Source: a virus (taxonomy: Duplodnaviria > Heunggongvirae > Uroviricota > Caudoviricetes). Taken from it: DNA of 37,294 nucleotides. The translations under genes and the position numbers were made by a program. How positions within the stretch are numbered: position 1 is the stretch's first letter; every line of letters starts with the position of its first letter. Of this stretch, positions 1 to 13,841 are shown piece after piece. The DNA lies in IMG/VR virus record IMGVR_UViG_2711768034_000003. The stretch is one strand, 5' to 3'. A model generated the notes under the pieces. It was not told the origin of the DNA. It was given only the letters and a program-made list of their open reading frames with translations, and ran no database searches.

Positions 1-214
1 TTCTGAGCAATTCAGTAATGTCACTCTTTTCTTTGTTTGCTTCAGGCGAAACTCTTTTTTCTGAGCACAGTCTTCGGCGGCAGGCTTCAATGACCCAGGC
101 TGAGAAATTCCCAGACCCTTTTTGATCAAGAGCGATGTTAATTTGTTCAATCATTGGGTTAGGAAAGCGGATGTTGCGGGTTGTTGTTCTGCGGGTTCTG
201 TTCTTCGTTGACAT
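1..214 (-). CDS. YlcI/YnfO-family (DUF3950) small prophage protein; 3' end lies beyond the left window edge
   Basis: Reverse-strand ATG at 212-214; translation MSTKNRTRRTTTRNIRFPNPMIEQINIALDQKGSGNFSAWVIEACRRRL... runs off the window. This family typically sits just upstream of cos/terminase in lambdoid prophages. Confidence 0.55.
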   Translation of the reverse strand, partial: MSTKNRTRRTTTRNIRFPNPMIEQINIALDQKGSGNFSAWVIEACRRRLCSEKRVSPEANKEKSDITELLR

Positions 215-389
215 GAGGTTGCCCTGTATTCAGTGTCACTGATTTGTATTGTCTGAAGTTGTTTTTACGTTAAGTTGATGCAGATCAATTAATACGATAC
301 CTGCGTCATAATTGATTATTTGACGTGGTTTGATGGCGTAGATGCACGTTGTGACATGTAGATGATAATTATTATCATTTTGCGGGTCC

Positions 390-600
390 TTTCCGGCGAT
401 CCGACAGTTTACGGGGCGGCGACCTCGCGGGTTTTCGCTATTTATGAAAATTTTCCGGTTTAAGGCGTTTCCGTTCTTCTTCGTCATAACTTAATGTTTT
501 TATTTAAAATACCCTCTGAAAAGAAAGGAAGCGACAGGTGCTGAAAACGGGCTTTTTGGCCTCTGTCGTTTCCTTTCTCTGTTTTTATCCGTGGAATGAA
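390..600 (+). promoter_or_regulatory. cos: lambda-type cos site (cosQ/cosN/cosB); 12-nt cohesive end GGGCGGCGACCT at 414-425
   Basis: Sequence ...CGACAGTTTACGGGGCGGCGACCTCGCGGGTTTTCGCTATTTATGAAAATTTTCCGG... matches the joined right/left ends of lambda; lies immediately upstream of nu1 as in lambda. Confidence 0.9.
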
Positions 601-602
601 CA

Positions 603-1122
603 ATGGAAGTCAACAAAAAGCAGCTGGCTGACATTTTCGGTGCGAGTATCCGTACCATTCAGAACTGGCAGGAGCAGGGAATGCCCGTTCTGCGAGGCGG
701 TGGGAAGGGTAATGAGGTGCTTTATGACTCTGCCGCCGTCATAAAATGGTATGCCGAAAGGGATGCTGAAATTGAGAACGAAAAGCTGCGCCGGGAGGTT
801 GAAGAACTGCGACAGGCCAGCGAGACAGATCTCCAGCCAGGGACTATTGAGTACGAACGCCATCGACTTACGCGTGCGCAGGCCGACGCACAGGAGCTGA
901 AAAATGCCAGAGACTCCGCTGAAGTGGTGGAAACCGCATTCTGTTCTTTCGTGCTGTCGCGGATCGCAGGTGAAATTGCCAGTATTCTCGACGGGATCCC
1001 CCTGTCGGTGCAGCGGCGTTTTCCGGAACTGGAAAACCGACATGTTGATTTCCTGAAACGGGATATCATCAAAGCCATGAACAAAGCAGCCGCGCTGGAT
1101 GAACTGATACCGGGGTTGCTGA

Positions 1123-1148
<26 letters not shown>
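603..1148 (+). CDS. nu1: terminase small subunit Nu1
   Basis: 181-aa ORF MEVNKKQLADIFGASIRTIQNWQEQGMPVLRGGGKGNEVLYDSAAVIKWYAERDAEIENEKLRREVEELRQ... recognised as lambda gpNu1; position directly after cos. Confidence 0.96.
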
Positions 1149-4829
<3,681 letters not shown>

Positions 4830-4849
<20 letters not shown>

Positions 4850-6149
4850 TCTCCCGCATATTGCCAGCATGGCTTTTAATGAGCCGCTGATGCTTGAACC
4901 CGCCTATGCGCGGGTTTTCTTTTGTGCGCTTGCAGGCCAGCTTGGGATCAGCCGCCTGACGGATGCGGTGTCCGGCGACAGCCTGACTGCCCAGGAGGCA
5001 CTCGCGACGCTGGCATTATCCGGTGATGATGACGGACCACGACAGGCCCGCAGTTATCAGGTCATGAACGGCATCGCCGTGCTGCCGGTGTCCGGCACGC
5101 TGGTCAGCCGGACGCGGGCGCTGCAGCCGTACTCGGGGATGACCGGTTACAACGGCATTATCGCCCGTCTGCAACAGGCTGCCAGCGATCCGATGGTGGA
5201 CGGCATTCTGCTCGATATGGACACGCCCGGCGGGATGGTGGCGGGGGCATTTGACTGCGCTGACATCATCGCCCGTGTGCGTGACATAAAGCCGGTATGG
5301 GCGCTGGCCAATGACATGAACTGCAGCGCAGGTCAGCTGCTTGCCAGTGCCGCCTCCCGGCGTCTGGTCACGCAGACCGCCCGGACAGGCTCCATCGGCG
5401 TCATGATGGCTCACAGTAATTACGGCGCTGCACTGGAGAAACAGGGCGTGGAAATCACGCTGATTTACAGCGGCAGCCATAAGGTGGATGGCAACCCCTA
5501 CAGCCATCTACCGGATGATGTCCGGGAAACATTGCAGTCCCGGATGGATGCAACCCGCCGGATGTTTGCACAGAAGGTGTCGGCATATACCGGCCTGTCC
5601 GTGCAGGCTGTGCTGGATACCGAGGCTGCAGTGTACAGCGGTCAGGAGGCCATTGATGCCGGACTGGCTGATGAACTTGTCAACAGCACCGATGCGATCA
5701 CCGTTATGCGTGATGCACTGGATGCACGTAAATCCCGTCTCTCAGGAGGGCGAATGACCAAAGAGACTCAATCAACAACTGTTTCAGCCACTGCTTCGCA
5801 GGCTGACGTTACTGACGTGGTGCCAGCGACGGAGGGCGAAAACGCCAGCGCGGCGCAGCCGGACGTGAACGCGCAGATCACCGCTGCGGTTGCGGCAGAA
5901 AACAGCCGCATTATGGGGATCCTCAACTGTGAGGAGGCTCACGGACGCGAAGAACAGGCCCGCGTGCTGGCAGAAACCCCCGGTATGACCGTGGAAACGG
6001 CCCGCCGCATTCTGGCAGCTGCACCACAGAGTGCACAGGCGCGCAGTGACACTGCGCTGGATCGTCTGATGCGGGGGGCACCGGCACCGCTGGCTGCAGG
6101 TAACCCGGCATCTGATGCCGTTAACGATTTGCTGAACACACCAGTGTAA
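4830..6149 (+). CDS. C: capsid assembly protease / minor capsid protein gpC (S49-type)
   Basis: GTG start at 4830 overlapping the B 3' end by 20 nt as in lambda; translation (M)TAELRNLPHIASMAFNEPLMLEPAYARVFF... 439 aa. The 484-aa ORF in the track is an upstream extension in the same frame. Confidence 0.9.
5544..6149 (+). CDS. nu3: scaffolding protein Nu3 (in-frame internal start within C)
   Basis: ATG at 5544 in the C reading frame (MDATRRMFAQKVSAYTG...), same arrangement as lambda nu3 nested in the C 3' end. Confidence 0.75.
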   Translation: MDATRRMFAQKVSAYTGLSVQAVLDTEAAVYSGQEAIDAGLADELVNSTDAITVMRDALDARKSRLSGGRMTKETQSTTVSATASQADVTDVVPATEGENASAAQPDVNAQITAAVAAENSRIMGILNCEEAHGREEQARVLAETPGMTVETARRILAAAPQSAQARSDTALDRLMRGAPAPLAAGNPASDAVNDLLNTPV

Positions 6150-6158
6150 GGGATGTTT

Positions 6159-6491
6159 ATGACGAGCAAAGAAACCTTTACCCATTACCAGCCGCTGGGC
6201 AACAGTGACCCGGCTCATACCGCAACCGCGCCCGGCGGATTGAGTGCGAAAGCGCCTGCAATGACCCCGCTGATGCTGGACACATCCACCCGTAAGCTGG
6301 TTGCGTGGGATGGCACCACCGACGGTGCTGCCGTTGGCATTCTTGCGGTTGCTGCTGACCAGACCAGCACCACACTGACGTTCTACAAGTCCGGCACGTT
6401 CCGTTATGAGGATGTGCTCTGGCCGGAGGCTGCCAGCGACGAGACGAAAAAACGGACCGCGTTTGCCGGAACGGCAATCAGCATCGTTTAA
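6159..6491 (+). CDS. D: head decoration protein gpD
   Basis: [52 protein letters not shown]... 110 aa, lambda gpD. Confidence 0.95.
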   Translation: MTSKETFTHYQPLGNSDPAHTATAPGGLSAKAPAMTPLMLDTSTRKLVAWDGTTDGAAVGILAVAADQTSTTLTFYKSGTFRYEDVLWPEAASDETKKRTAFAGTAISIV

Positions 6492-6512
6492 CTTTACCCT
6501 TCATCACTAAAG

Positions 6513-6536
6513 GCCGCCTGTGCGGCTTTTTTTACG
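6513..6536 (+). terminator. GC hairpin plus T-tract between D and E (attenuator or partial terminator)
   Basis: GCCGCctgtGCGGC followed by TTTTTTT. Confidence 0.4.
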
Positions 6537-6546
6537 GGATTTTTTT

Positions 6547-7572
6547 ATGTCGATGTACACAACCGCCCAGCTGCTGGCGGCAAATGAGCAGAAATTTAAG
6601 TTTGATCCGCTGTTTCTGCGTCTCTTTTTCCGTGAGAGCTATCCCTTCACCACGGAGAAAGTCTATCTCTCACAAATTCCGGGACTGGTAAACATGGCGC
6701 TGTACGTTTCGCCGATTGTTTCCGGTGAGGTTATCCGCTCCCGTGGCGGCTCCACCTCTGAATTTACACCGGGATATGTCAAGCCGAAGCATGAGGTGAA
6801 TCCGCAGATGACCCTGCGTCGCCTGCCGGATGAAGATCCGCAGAATCTGGCGGACCCGGCTTACCGCCGCCGTCGCATCATCATGCAGAACATGCGAGAC
6901 GAAGAGCTGGCCATTGCTCAGGTCGAAGAGATGCAGGCCGTTTCTGCCGTGCTCAAGGGCAAATACACCATGACCGGTGAAGCCTTCGATCCGGTTGAGG
7001 TGGATATGGGCCGCAGTGCGGCGAACAACATCACGCAGTCCGGCGGCACGGAGTGGAGCAAGCGTGACAAGTCCACGTATGACCCGACCGACGATATCGA
7101 AGCCTACGCGCTGAACGCCAGCGGCGTGGTGAATATCATCGTGTTCGATCCGAAAGGCTGGGCGCTGTTCCGTTCCTTCAAAGCCGTCAAGGAGAAGCTG
7201 GATACCCGTCGCGGCTCTCATTCCGAGCTGGAGACAGCGGTAAAAGACCTGGGCAAAGCGGTGTCCTATAAGGGAATGTATGGCGATGTGGCCATCGTCG
7301 TGTATTCCGGACAGTACGTGGAAAACGGCGTCAAAAAGAACTTCCTGCCGGACAACACGATGGTGCTGGGGAACACTCAGGCTCGCGGTCTGCGCACCTA
7401 TGGCTGCATTCAGGATGCGGACGCACAGCGCGAAGGCATTAACGCCTCTGCCCGTTACCCGAAAAACTGGGTGACCACCGGCGATCCGGCGCGTGAGTTC
7501 ACCATGATTCAGTCAGCACCGCTGATGCTGCTGGCTGACCCTGATGAGTTCGTTTCCGTACAACTGGCGTAA
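6547..7572 (+). CDS. E: major capsid protein gpE
   Basis: MSMYTTAQLLAANEQKFKFDPLFLRLFFRESYPFTTEKVYLSQIPGLVNMALYVSPIVSGEV... 341 aa, lambda gpE. The track ORF starts 27 nt upstream, but the lambda start is at 6547. Confidence 0.95.
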   Translation: MSMYTTAQLLAANEQKFKFDPLFLRLFFRESYPFTTEKVYLSQIPGLVNMALYVSPIVSGEVIRSRGGSTSEFTPGYVKPKHEVNPQMTLRRLPDEDPQNLADPAYRRRRIIMQNMRDEELAIAQVEEMQAVSAVLKGKYTMTGEAFDPVEVDMGRSAANNITQSGGTEWSKRDKSTYDPTDDIEAYALNASGVVNIIVFDPKGWALFRSFKAVKEKLDTRRGSHSELETAVKDLGKAVSYKGMYGDVAIVVYSGQYVENGVKKNFLPDNTMVLGNTQARGLRTYGCIQDADAQREGINASARYPKNWVTTGDPAREFTMIQSAPLMLLADPDEFVSVQLA

Positions 7573-7575
7573 TCG

Positions 7576-7600
7576 TGGCCCTTCGGGGCCATTTTCTCTC
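7576..7600 (+). terminator. stem-loop with TTCG tetraloop and T-run downstream of E
   Basis: TGGCCCttcgGGGCCA followed by TTTTCTCTC. Confidence 0.4.
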
Positions 7601-7613
7601 TGTGGAGGAGTTC

Positions 7614-8012
7614 ATGACGAAAGATGAACTGATTGCCCGTCTCCGGTCGCTGGGTGAGCAACTGAACCGTGATGTCAGCCTGACGGGGACGAAAGAAGAA
7701 CTGGCGCTCCGTGTGGCAGAGCTGGAAGAGGAGCTTGATGACACGGATGACGCAGCCGGTCAGGACACGTCTGTCAGCCCGGAAAATGCACTGACCGGAC
7801 ATGAAAATGAGGTGGGATCAGCGCAGCCGGATACCGTGATTCTGGATACGTCTGAACTGGTCACGGTCGTGGCACTGGTGAAGCTGCATACTGATGCACT
7901 TCACGCCACGCGGGATGAACCTGTGGCATTTGTGCTGCCGGGAACGGCGTTTCGTGTCTCTGCCGGTGTGGCAGCCGAAATGACAGAGCGCGGCCTGGCC
8001 AGAATGCAATAA
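7614..8012 (+). CDS. FI: DNA packaging / head assembly protein gpFI
   Basis: MTKDELIARLRSLGEQLNRDVSLTGTKEELALRVAELEEELDD... 132 aa; lambda FI (a few substitutions in the acidic linker). Confidence 0.92.
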   Translation: MTKDELIARLRSLGEQLNRDVSLTGTKEELALRVAELEEELDDTDDAAGQDTSVSPENALTGHENEVGSAQPDTVILDTSELVTVVALVKLHTDALHATRDEPVAFVLPGTAFRVSAGVAAEMTERGLARMQ

Positions 8013-8023
8013 CGGGAGGCGCT

Positions 8024-8377
8024 GTGGCTGATTTCGATAACCTGTTCGATGCTGCCATTGCCCGCGCCGATGAAACGATACGCGGGTACATGGGAACGTC
8101 AGCCACCATGACATCCGGTGAGCAGTCAGGTGCGGTGATACGTGGTGTTTTTGATGACCCTGAAAATATCAGCTATGCCGGACAGGGCGTGCGCGTTGAA
8201 GGCTCCAGCCCGTCCCTGTTTGTCCGGACTGATGAGGTGCGGCAGCTGCGGCGTGGAGACACGCTGACCATCGGTGAGGAAAATTTCTGGGTAGATCGGG
8301 TTTCGCCGGATGATGGCGGAAGTTGTCATCTCTGGCTTGGACGGGGCGTACCGCCTGCCGTTAACCGTCGCCGCTGA
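8024..8377 (+). CDS. FII: head-tail connector protein gpFII
   Basis: 117-aa ORF MADFDNLFDAAIARADETIRGYMGTSATMTSGEQSG...; lambda FII. Confidence 0.93.
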   Translation: MADFDNLFDAAIARADETIRGYMGTSATMTSGEQSGAVIRGVFDDPENISYAGQGVRVEGSSPSLFVRTDEVRQLRRGDTLTIGEENFWVDRVSPDDGGSCHLWLGRGVPPAVNRRR

Positions 8378-8388
8378 AAGGGGGATGT

Positions 8389-8967
8389 ATGGCCATAAAA
8401 GGTCTTGAGCAGGCCGTTGAAAACCTCAGCCGTATCAGCAAAACGGCGGTGCCTGGTGCCGCCGCAATGGCCATTAACCGCGTTGCTTCATCCGCGATAT
8501 CGCAGTCGGCGTCACAAGTTGCCCGTGAGACAAAGGTACGCCGGAAACTGGTAAAGGAAAGGGCCAGGCTGAAAAGGGCCACGGTCAAAAATCCGCAGGC
8601 CAGAATCAAAGTTAACCGGGGGGATTTGCCCGTAATCAAGCTGGGTAATGCGCGGGTTGTCCTTTCGCGCCGCAGGCGTCGTAAAAAGGGGCAGCGTTCA
8701 TCCCTGAAAGGTGGCGGCAGCGTGCTTGTGGTGGGTAACCGTCGTATTCCCGGCGCGTTTATTCAGCAACTGAAAAATGGCCGGTGGCATGTCATGCAGC
8801 GTGTGGCCGGGAAAAACCGTTACCCCATTGATGTGGTGAAAATCCCGATGGCGGTGCCGCTGACCACGGCGTTTAAACAGAATATTGAGCGGATACGGCG
8901 TGAACGTCTTCCGAAAGAGCTGGGCTATGCGCTGCAGCATCAACTGAGGATGGTAATAAAGCGATGA
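8389..8967 (+). CDS. Z: tail completion protein gpZ
   Basis: 192-aa ORF MAIKGLEQAVENLSRISKTAVPGAAAMAINRVASSA...; lambda Z. Confidence 0.93.
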   Translation: MAIKGLEQAVENLSRISKTAVPGAAAMAINRVASSAISQSASQVARETKVRRKLVKERARLKRATVKNPQARIKVNRGDLPVIKLGNARVVLSRRRRRKKGQRSSLKGGGSVLVVGNRRIPGAFIQQLKNGRWHVMQRVAGKNRYPIDVVKIPMAVPLTTAFKQNIERIRRERLPKELGYALQHQLRMVIKR

Positions 8968-9359
8968 AACATACTGAACTCCGTGCAGCCGTACTGGATG
9001 CACTGGAGAAGCATGACACCGGGGCGACGTTTTTTGATGGTCGCCCCGCTGTTTTTGATGAGGCGGATTTTCCGGCAGTTGCCGTTTATCTCACCGGCGC
9101 TGAATACACGGGCGAAGAGCTGGACAGCGATACCTGGCAGGCGGAGCTGCATATCGAAGTTTTCCTGCCTGCTCAGGTGCCGGATTCAGAGCTGGATGCG
9201 TGGATGGAGTCCCGGATTTATCCGGTGATGAGCGATATCCCGGCACTGTCAGATTTGATCACCAGTATGGTGGCCAGCGGCTATGACTACCGGCGCGACG
9301 ATGATGCGGGCCTGTGGAGTTCAGCCGATCTGACTTATGTCATTACCTATGAAATGTGA
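8964..9359 (+). CDS. U: tail tube terminator protein gpU
   Basis: 131-aa [57 protein letters not shown]...; lambda U; ATGA overlap with Z. Confidence 0.93.
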   Translation: MKHTELRAAVLDALEKHDTGATFFDGRPAVFDEADFPAVAVYLTGAEYTGEELDSDTWQAELHIEVFLPAQVPDSELDAWMESRIYPVMSDIPALSDLITSMVASGYDYRRDDDAGLWSSADLTYVITYEM

Positions 9360-9366
9360 GGACGCT

Positions 9367-10107
9367 ATGCCTGTACCAAATCCTGTAATGCCGGTGAAAG
9401 GTGCCGGGACCACCCTGTGGGTTTATAAGGGGAGCGGTGACCCTTATGCGAATCCGCTTTCAGACGTTGACTGGTCGCGTCTGGCAAAAGTTAAAGACCT
9501 GACGCCCGGCGAACTGACCGCTGAGTCCTATGACGACAGCTATCTCGATGATGAAGATGCAGACTGGACTGCGACCGGGCAGGGGCAGAAATCTGCCGGA
9601 GATACCAGCTTCACGCTGGCGTGGATGCCCGGAGAGCAGGGGCAGCAGGCGCTGCTGGCGTGGTTTAATGAAGGCGATACCCGTGCCTATAAAATCCGCT
9701 TCCCGAACGGCACGGTCGATGTGTTCCGTGGCTGGGTCAGCAGTATCGGTAAGGCGGTGACGGCGAAGGAAGTGATCACCCGCACGGTGAAAGTCACCAA
9801 TGTGGGACGTCCGTCGATGGCAGAAGATCGCAGCACGGTAACAGCGGCAACCGGCATGACCGTGACGCCTGCCAGCACCTCGGTGGTGAAAGGGCAGAGC
9901 ACCACGCTGACCGTGGCCTTCCAGCCGGAGGGCGTAACCGACAAGAGCTTTCGTGCGGTGTCTGCGGATAAAACAAAAGCCACCGTGTCGGTCAGTGGTA
10001 TGACCATCACCGTGAACGGCGTTGCTGCAGGCAAGGTCAACATTCCGGTTGTATCCGGTAATGGTGAGTTTGCTGCGGTTGCAGAAATCACCGTCACCGC
10101 CAGTTAA
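9367..10107 (+). CDS. V: major tail tube protein gpV (with C-terminal Ig-like domain)
   Basis: [67 protein letters not shown]... 246 aa; lambda V. The track ORF begins 30 nt upstream. Confidence 0.94.
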   Translation: MPVPNPVMPVKGAGTTLWVYKGSGDPYANPLSDVDWSRLAKVKDLTPGELTAESYDDSYLDDEDADWTATGQGQKSAGDTSFTLAWMPGEQGQQALLAWFNEGDTRAYKIRFPNGTVDVFRGWVSSIGKAVTAKEVITRTVKVTNVGRPSMAEDRSTVTAATGMTVTPASTSVVKGQSTTLTVAFQPEGVTDKSFRAVSADKTKATVSVSGMTITVNGVAAGKVNIPVVSGNGEFAAVAEITVTAS

Positions 10108-10122
10108 TCCGGGGAGTCAGAG

Positions 10123-10545
10123 ATGTTCCTGAAAACCGAATCATTTGAACATAACGGTGTGACCGTCACGCTTTCTGAACTGTCAGCCCTGCAGCGTATT
10201 GAGCATCTCGCCCTGATGAAACGGCAGGCAGAACAGGCGGAGTCAGACAGCAACCGGAAGTTTACTGTGGAAGACGCCATCAGAACCGGCGCGTTTCTGG
10301 TGGCGATGTCCCTGTGGCATAACCATCCGAAGAAGACAAAGCTGCCTTCCATGAATGAAGCCGTTAAACAGATTGAGCAGGAAGTGCTTACCACCTGGCC
10401 CACGGAGGCAATTTCTCATGCTGAAAACGTGGTGTACCGGCTGTCCGGTATGTATGAGTTTGTGGTGAATGATGCTCCTGAACAGACAGAGGACGCCGGG
10501 CCTGCAGAGCCTGTTTCTGCGGGAAAGTGTTCGATGGTGAGCTGA
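10123..10545 (+). CDS. G: tail assembly chaperone gpG
   Basis: 140-aa ORF MFLKTESFEHNGVTVTLSELSALQRIEHLALMKRQAEQ...; lambda G. Confidence 0.93.
   Translation: MFLKTESFEHNGVTVTLSELSALQRIEHLALMKRQAEQAESDSNRKFTVEDAIRTGAFLVAMSLWHNHPKKTKLPSMNEAVKQIEQEVLTTWPTEAISHAENVVYRLSGMYEFVVNDAPEQTEDAGPAEPVSAGKCSMVS
10521..10527 (+). promoter_or_regulatory. programmed -1 ribosomal frameshift slippery site GGGAAAG (G to G-T)
   Basis: Heptamer G GGA AAG near the 3' end of G; the -1 frame continues as the T ORF (10527-10961), as in lambda. Confidence 0.85.
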
Positions 10546-10961
10546 GTTTTGCCCTGAAACTGGCGCGAGAGATGGGGCGACCCGACTGGCGTGCCATGCT
10601 TGCCAGGATGTCATCCACGGAGTATGCCGACTGGCACCGCTTTTACAGTACCCATTATTTTCATGATGTTCTGCTGGATATGCACTTTTCCGGGCTGACG
10701 TACACCGTGCTCAGCCTGTTTTTCAGCGATCCGGATATGCATCCGCTGGATTTCAGTCTGCTGAACCGGCGTGAGGCTGACGAAGAGCCTGAAGATGATG
10801 TGCTGATGCAGAAAGCGGCAGGGCTTGCCGGAGGCGTCCGCTTTGGCCCGGAAGGGAATGAAGTTATCCCCGCTTCCCCGGATGTGGCGGACATGACGGA
10901 GGATGACGTAATGCTGATGACAGTATCAGAAGGGATCGCAGGAGGAGTCCGGTATGGCTGA
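10527..10961 (+). CDS. T: T portion of tail assembly chaperone G-T, expressed only as a frameshift fusion with G
   Basis: 144-aa -1-frame ORF abutting the slippery site; ends just after H starts; same layout as lambda G/T. Confidence 0.85.
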   Translation: MFDGELSFALKLAREMGRPDWRAMLARMSSTEYADWHRFYSTHYFHDVLLDMHFSGLTYTVLSLFFSDPDMHPLDFSLLNRREADEEPEDDVLMQKAAGLAGGVRFGPEGNEVIPASPDVADMTEDDVMLMTVSEGIAGGVRYG

Positions 10962-13515
10962 ACCGGTAGGCGATCTGGTCGTTGATTTAAGTCTGGATGC
11001 GGCCAGATTTGACGAGCAGATGGCCAGAGTCAGGCGTCATTTTTCCGGTACGGAAACTGATGCGAAAAAAACAGCGGCAGTCGTTGAACAGTCGCTGAGC
11101 CGACAGGCGCTGGCTGCACAGAAAGCGGGGATTTCCGTCGGGCAGTATAAAGCCGCCATGCGTATGCTGCCTGCACAGTTCACCGACGTGGCCACGCAGC
11201 TTGCAGGCGGGCAAAGTCCGTGGCTGATCCTGCTGCAACAGGGGGGTCAGGTGAAGGACTCCTTCGGCGGGATGATCCCCATGTTCCGGGGGCTTGCCGG
11301 TGCGATCACCCTGCCGATGGTGGGGGCTACCTCGCTGGCGGTGGCGACCGGAGCGCTGGCGTATGCCTGGTATCAGGGCAACTCAACCCTGTCCGATTTC
11401 AACAAAACGCTGGTCCTTTCCGGCAATCAGGCGGGACTGACGGCAGATCGTATGCTGGTCCTGTCCAGAGCCGGGCAGGCGGCAGGGCTGACGTTTAACC
11501 AGACCAGCGAGTCACTCAGCGCACTGGTTAAGGCGGGGGTAAGCGGTGAGGCTCAGATTGCGTCCATCAGCCAGAGTGTGGCGCGTTTCTCCTCTGCATC
11601 CGGCGTGGAGGTGGACAAGGTCGCTGAAGCCTTCGGGAAGCTGACCACAGACCCGACGTCGGGGCTGACGGCGATGGCACGCCAGTTCCATAACGTGACG
11701 GCGGAGCAGATTGCGTATGTTGCTCAGTTGCAGCGTTCCGGCGATGAAGCCGGGGCATTGCAGGCGGCGAACGAGGCCGCAACGAAAGGGTTTGATGACC
11801 AGACCCGCCGCCTGAAAGAGAACATGGGCACGCTGGAAACCTGGGCAGACAGGACAGCACGGGCATTCAAATCCATGTGGGATGCGGTGCTGGATATTGG
11901 TCGTCCTGATACCGCGCAGGAGATGCTGATTAAGGCAGAGGCCGCGTTTAAGAAAGCGGACGATATCTGGAATCTGCGCAAGGATGATTATTTTGTTAAC
12001 GATGAAGCGCGGGCGCGTTACTGGGATGATCGTGAAAAGGCCCGTCTTGCGCTTGAAGCCGCCCGAAAGAAGGCTGAGCAGCAGAGTCAACAGGACAAAA
12101 ATGCGCAGCAGCAGAGCGATACCGAAGCGTCACGGCTGAAATATACCGAAGAGGCGCAGAAGGCTTATGAACGCCTGCAGACGCCGCTGGAGAAATATAC
12201 CGCCCGTCAGGAAGAACTGAACAAGGCACTGAAAGACGGGAAAATCCTGCAGGCGGATTACAACACGCTGATGGCGGCGGCGAAAAAGGATTATGAAGCG
12301 ACGCTGAAAAAGCCGAAACAGTCCGGCGTGAAGGTGTCTGCGGGCGATCGTCAGGAAGACAGTGCTCATGCTGCCCTGCTGACGCTTCAGGCAGAACTCC
12401 GGACGCTGGAGAAGCATGCCGGAGCAAATGAGAAAATCAGCCAGCAGCGCCGGGATTTGTGGAAGGCGGAGAGTCAGTTCGCGGTACTGGAGGAGGCGGC
12501 GCAACGTCGCCAGCTGTCTGCACAGGAGAAATCCCTGCTGGCGCATAAAGATGAGACGCTGGAGTACAAACGCCAGCTGGCTGCACTTGGCGACAAGGTT
12601 ACGTATCAGGAGCGCCTGAACGCGCTGGCGCAGCAGGCGGATAAATTCGCACAGCAGCAACGGGCAAAACGGGCCGCCATTGATGCGAAAAGCCGGGGGC
12701 TGACTGACCGGCAGGCAGAACGGGAAGCCACGGAACAGCGCCTGAAGGAACAGTATGGCGATAATCCGCTGGCGCTGAATAACGTCATGTCAGAGCAGAA
12801 AAAGACCTGGGCGGCTGAAGACCAGCTTCGCGGGAGCTGGATGGCAGGCCTGAAGTCCGGCTGGAGTGAGTGGGAAGAGAGCGCCACGGACAGTATGTCG
12901 CAGGTAAAAAGTGCAGCCACGCAGACCTTTGATGGTATTGCACAGAATATGGCGGCGATGCTGACCGGCAGTGAGCAGAACTGGCGCAGCTTCACCCGTT
13001 CCGTGCTGTCCATGATGACAGAAATTCTGCTTAAGCAGGCAATGGTGGGGATTGTCGGGAGTATCGGCAGCGCCATTGGCGGGGCTGTTGGTGGCGGCGC
13101 ATCCGCGTCAGGCGGTACAGCCATTCAGGCCGCTGCGGCGAAATTCCATTTTGCAACCGGAGGATTTACGGGAACCGGCGGCAAATATGAGCCAGCGGGG
13201 ATTGTTCACCGTGGTGAATTTGTCTTCACGAAGGAGGCAACCAGCCGGATTGGCGTGGGGAATCTTTACCGGCTGATGCGCGGCTATGCCACCGGCGGTT
13301 ATGTCGGTACACCGGGCAGCATGGCAGACAGCCGGTCGCAGGCGTCCGGGACGTTTGAGCAGAATAACCATGTGGTGATTAACAACGACGGCACGAACGG
13401 GCAGATAGGTCCGGCTGCTCTGAAGGCGGTGTATGACATGGCCCGCAAGGGTGCCCGTGATGAAATTCAGACACAGATGCGTGATGGTGGCCTGTTCTCC
13501 GGAGGTGGACGATGA
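10954..13515 (+). CDS. H: tail tape measure protein gpH
   Basis: 853-aa ORF, same length as lambda gpH; coiled-coil-rich central region and Gly-rich C-terminus. Confidence 0.95.
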   Translation: MAEPVGDLVVDLSLDAARFDEQMARVRRHFSGTETDAKKTAAVVEQSLSRQALAAQKAGISVGQYKAAMRMLPAQFTDVATQLAGGQSPWLILLQQGGQVKDSFGGMIPMFRGLAGAITLPMVGATSLAVATGALAYAWYQGNSTLSDFNKTLVLSGNQAGLTADRMLVLSRAGQAAGLTFNQTSESLSALVKAGVSGEAQIASISQSVARFSSASGVEVDKVAEAFGKLTTDPTSGLTAMARQFHNVTAEQIAYVAQLQRSGDEAGALQAANEAATKGFDDQTRRLKENMGTLETWADRTARAFKSMWDAVLDIGRPDTAQEMLIKAEAAFKKADDIWNLRKDDYFVNDEARARYWDDREKARLALEAARKKAEQQSQQDKNAQQQSDTEASRLKYTEEAQKAYERLQTPLEKYTARQEELNKALKDGKILQADYNTLMAAAKKDYEATLKKPKQSGVKVSAGDRQEDSAHAALLTLQAELRTLEKHAGANEKISQQRRDLWKAESQFAVLEEAAQRRQLSAQEKSLLAHKDETLEYKRQLAALGDKVTYQERLNALAQQADKFAQQQRAKRAAIDAKSRGLTDRQAEREATEQRLKEQYGDNPLALNNVMSEQKKTWAAEDQLRGSWMAGLKSGWSEWEESATDSMSQVKSAATQTFDGIAQNMAAMLTGSEQNWRSFTRSVLSMMTEILLKQAMVGIVGSIGSAIGGAVGGGASASGGTAIQAAAAKFHFATGGFTGTGGKYEPAGIVHRGEFVFTKEATSRIGVGNLYRLMRGYATGGYVGTPGSMADSRSQASGTFEQNNHVVINNDGTNGQIGPAALKAVYDMARKGARDEIQTQMRDGGLFSGGGR

Positions 13516-13841
13516 AGACCTTCCGCTGGAAAGTGAAACCCGGTATGGATGTGGCTTCGGTCCCTTCTGTAAGAAAGGTGCGCTTTGGTGATGGCTATTC
13601 TCAGCGAGCGCCTGCCGGGCTGAATGCCAACCTGAAAACGTACAGCGTGACGCTTTCTGTCCCCCGTGAGGAGGCCACGGTACTGGAGTCGTTTCTGGAA
13701 GAGCACGGGGGCTGGAAATCCTTTCTGTGGACGCCGCCTTATGAGTGGCGGCAGATAAAGGTGACCTGCGCAAAATGGTCGTCGCGGGTCAGTATGTTGC
13801 GTGTTGAGTTCAGCGCAGAGTTTGAACAGGTGGTGAACTGA
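13512..13841 (+). CDS. M: tail tip protein gpM
   Basis: 109-aa ORF MKTFRWKVKPGMDVASVPSVRKVRFGDGYSQRAPAGLNANLKTYSVTLSVPREEA...; lambda M. Confidence 0.93.
   Translation: MKTFRWKVKPGMDVASVPSVRKVRFGDGYSQRAPAGLNANLKTYSVTLSVPREEATVLESFLEEHGGWKSFLWTPPYEWRQIKVTCAKWSSRVSMLRVEFSAEFEQVVN

Noticed and set aside
236-487. 83-aa reverse-strand ORF overlapping the cos site
   Set aside because: Covers cosQ/cosN/cosB, which is known non-coding DNA in lambda; no RBS.
11512-13124. Several 140-190-aa reverse-strand ORFs within the H tape-measure gene
   Set aside because: Antisense or alternate-frame artefacts inside a gene whose length and sequence match lambda H; no RBS and no plausible protein features.
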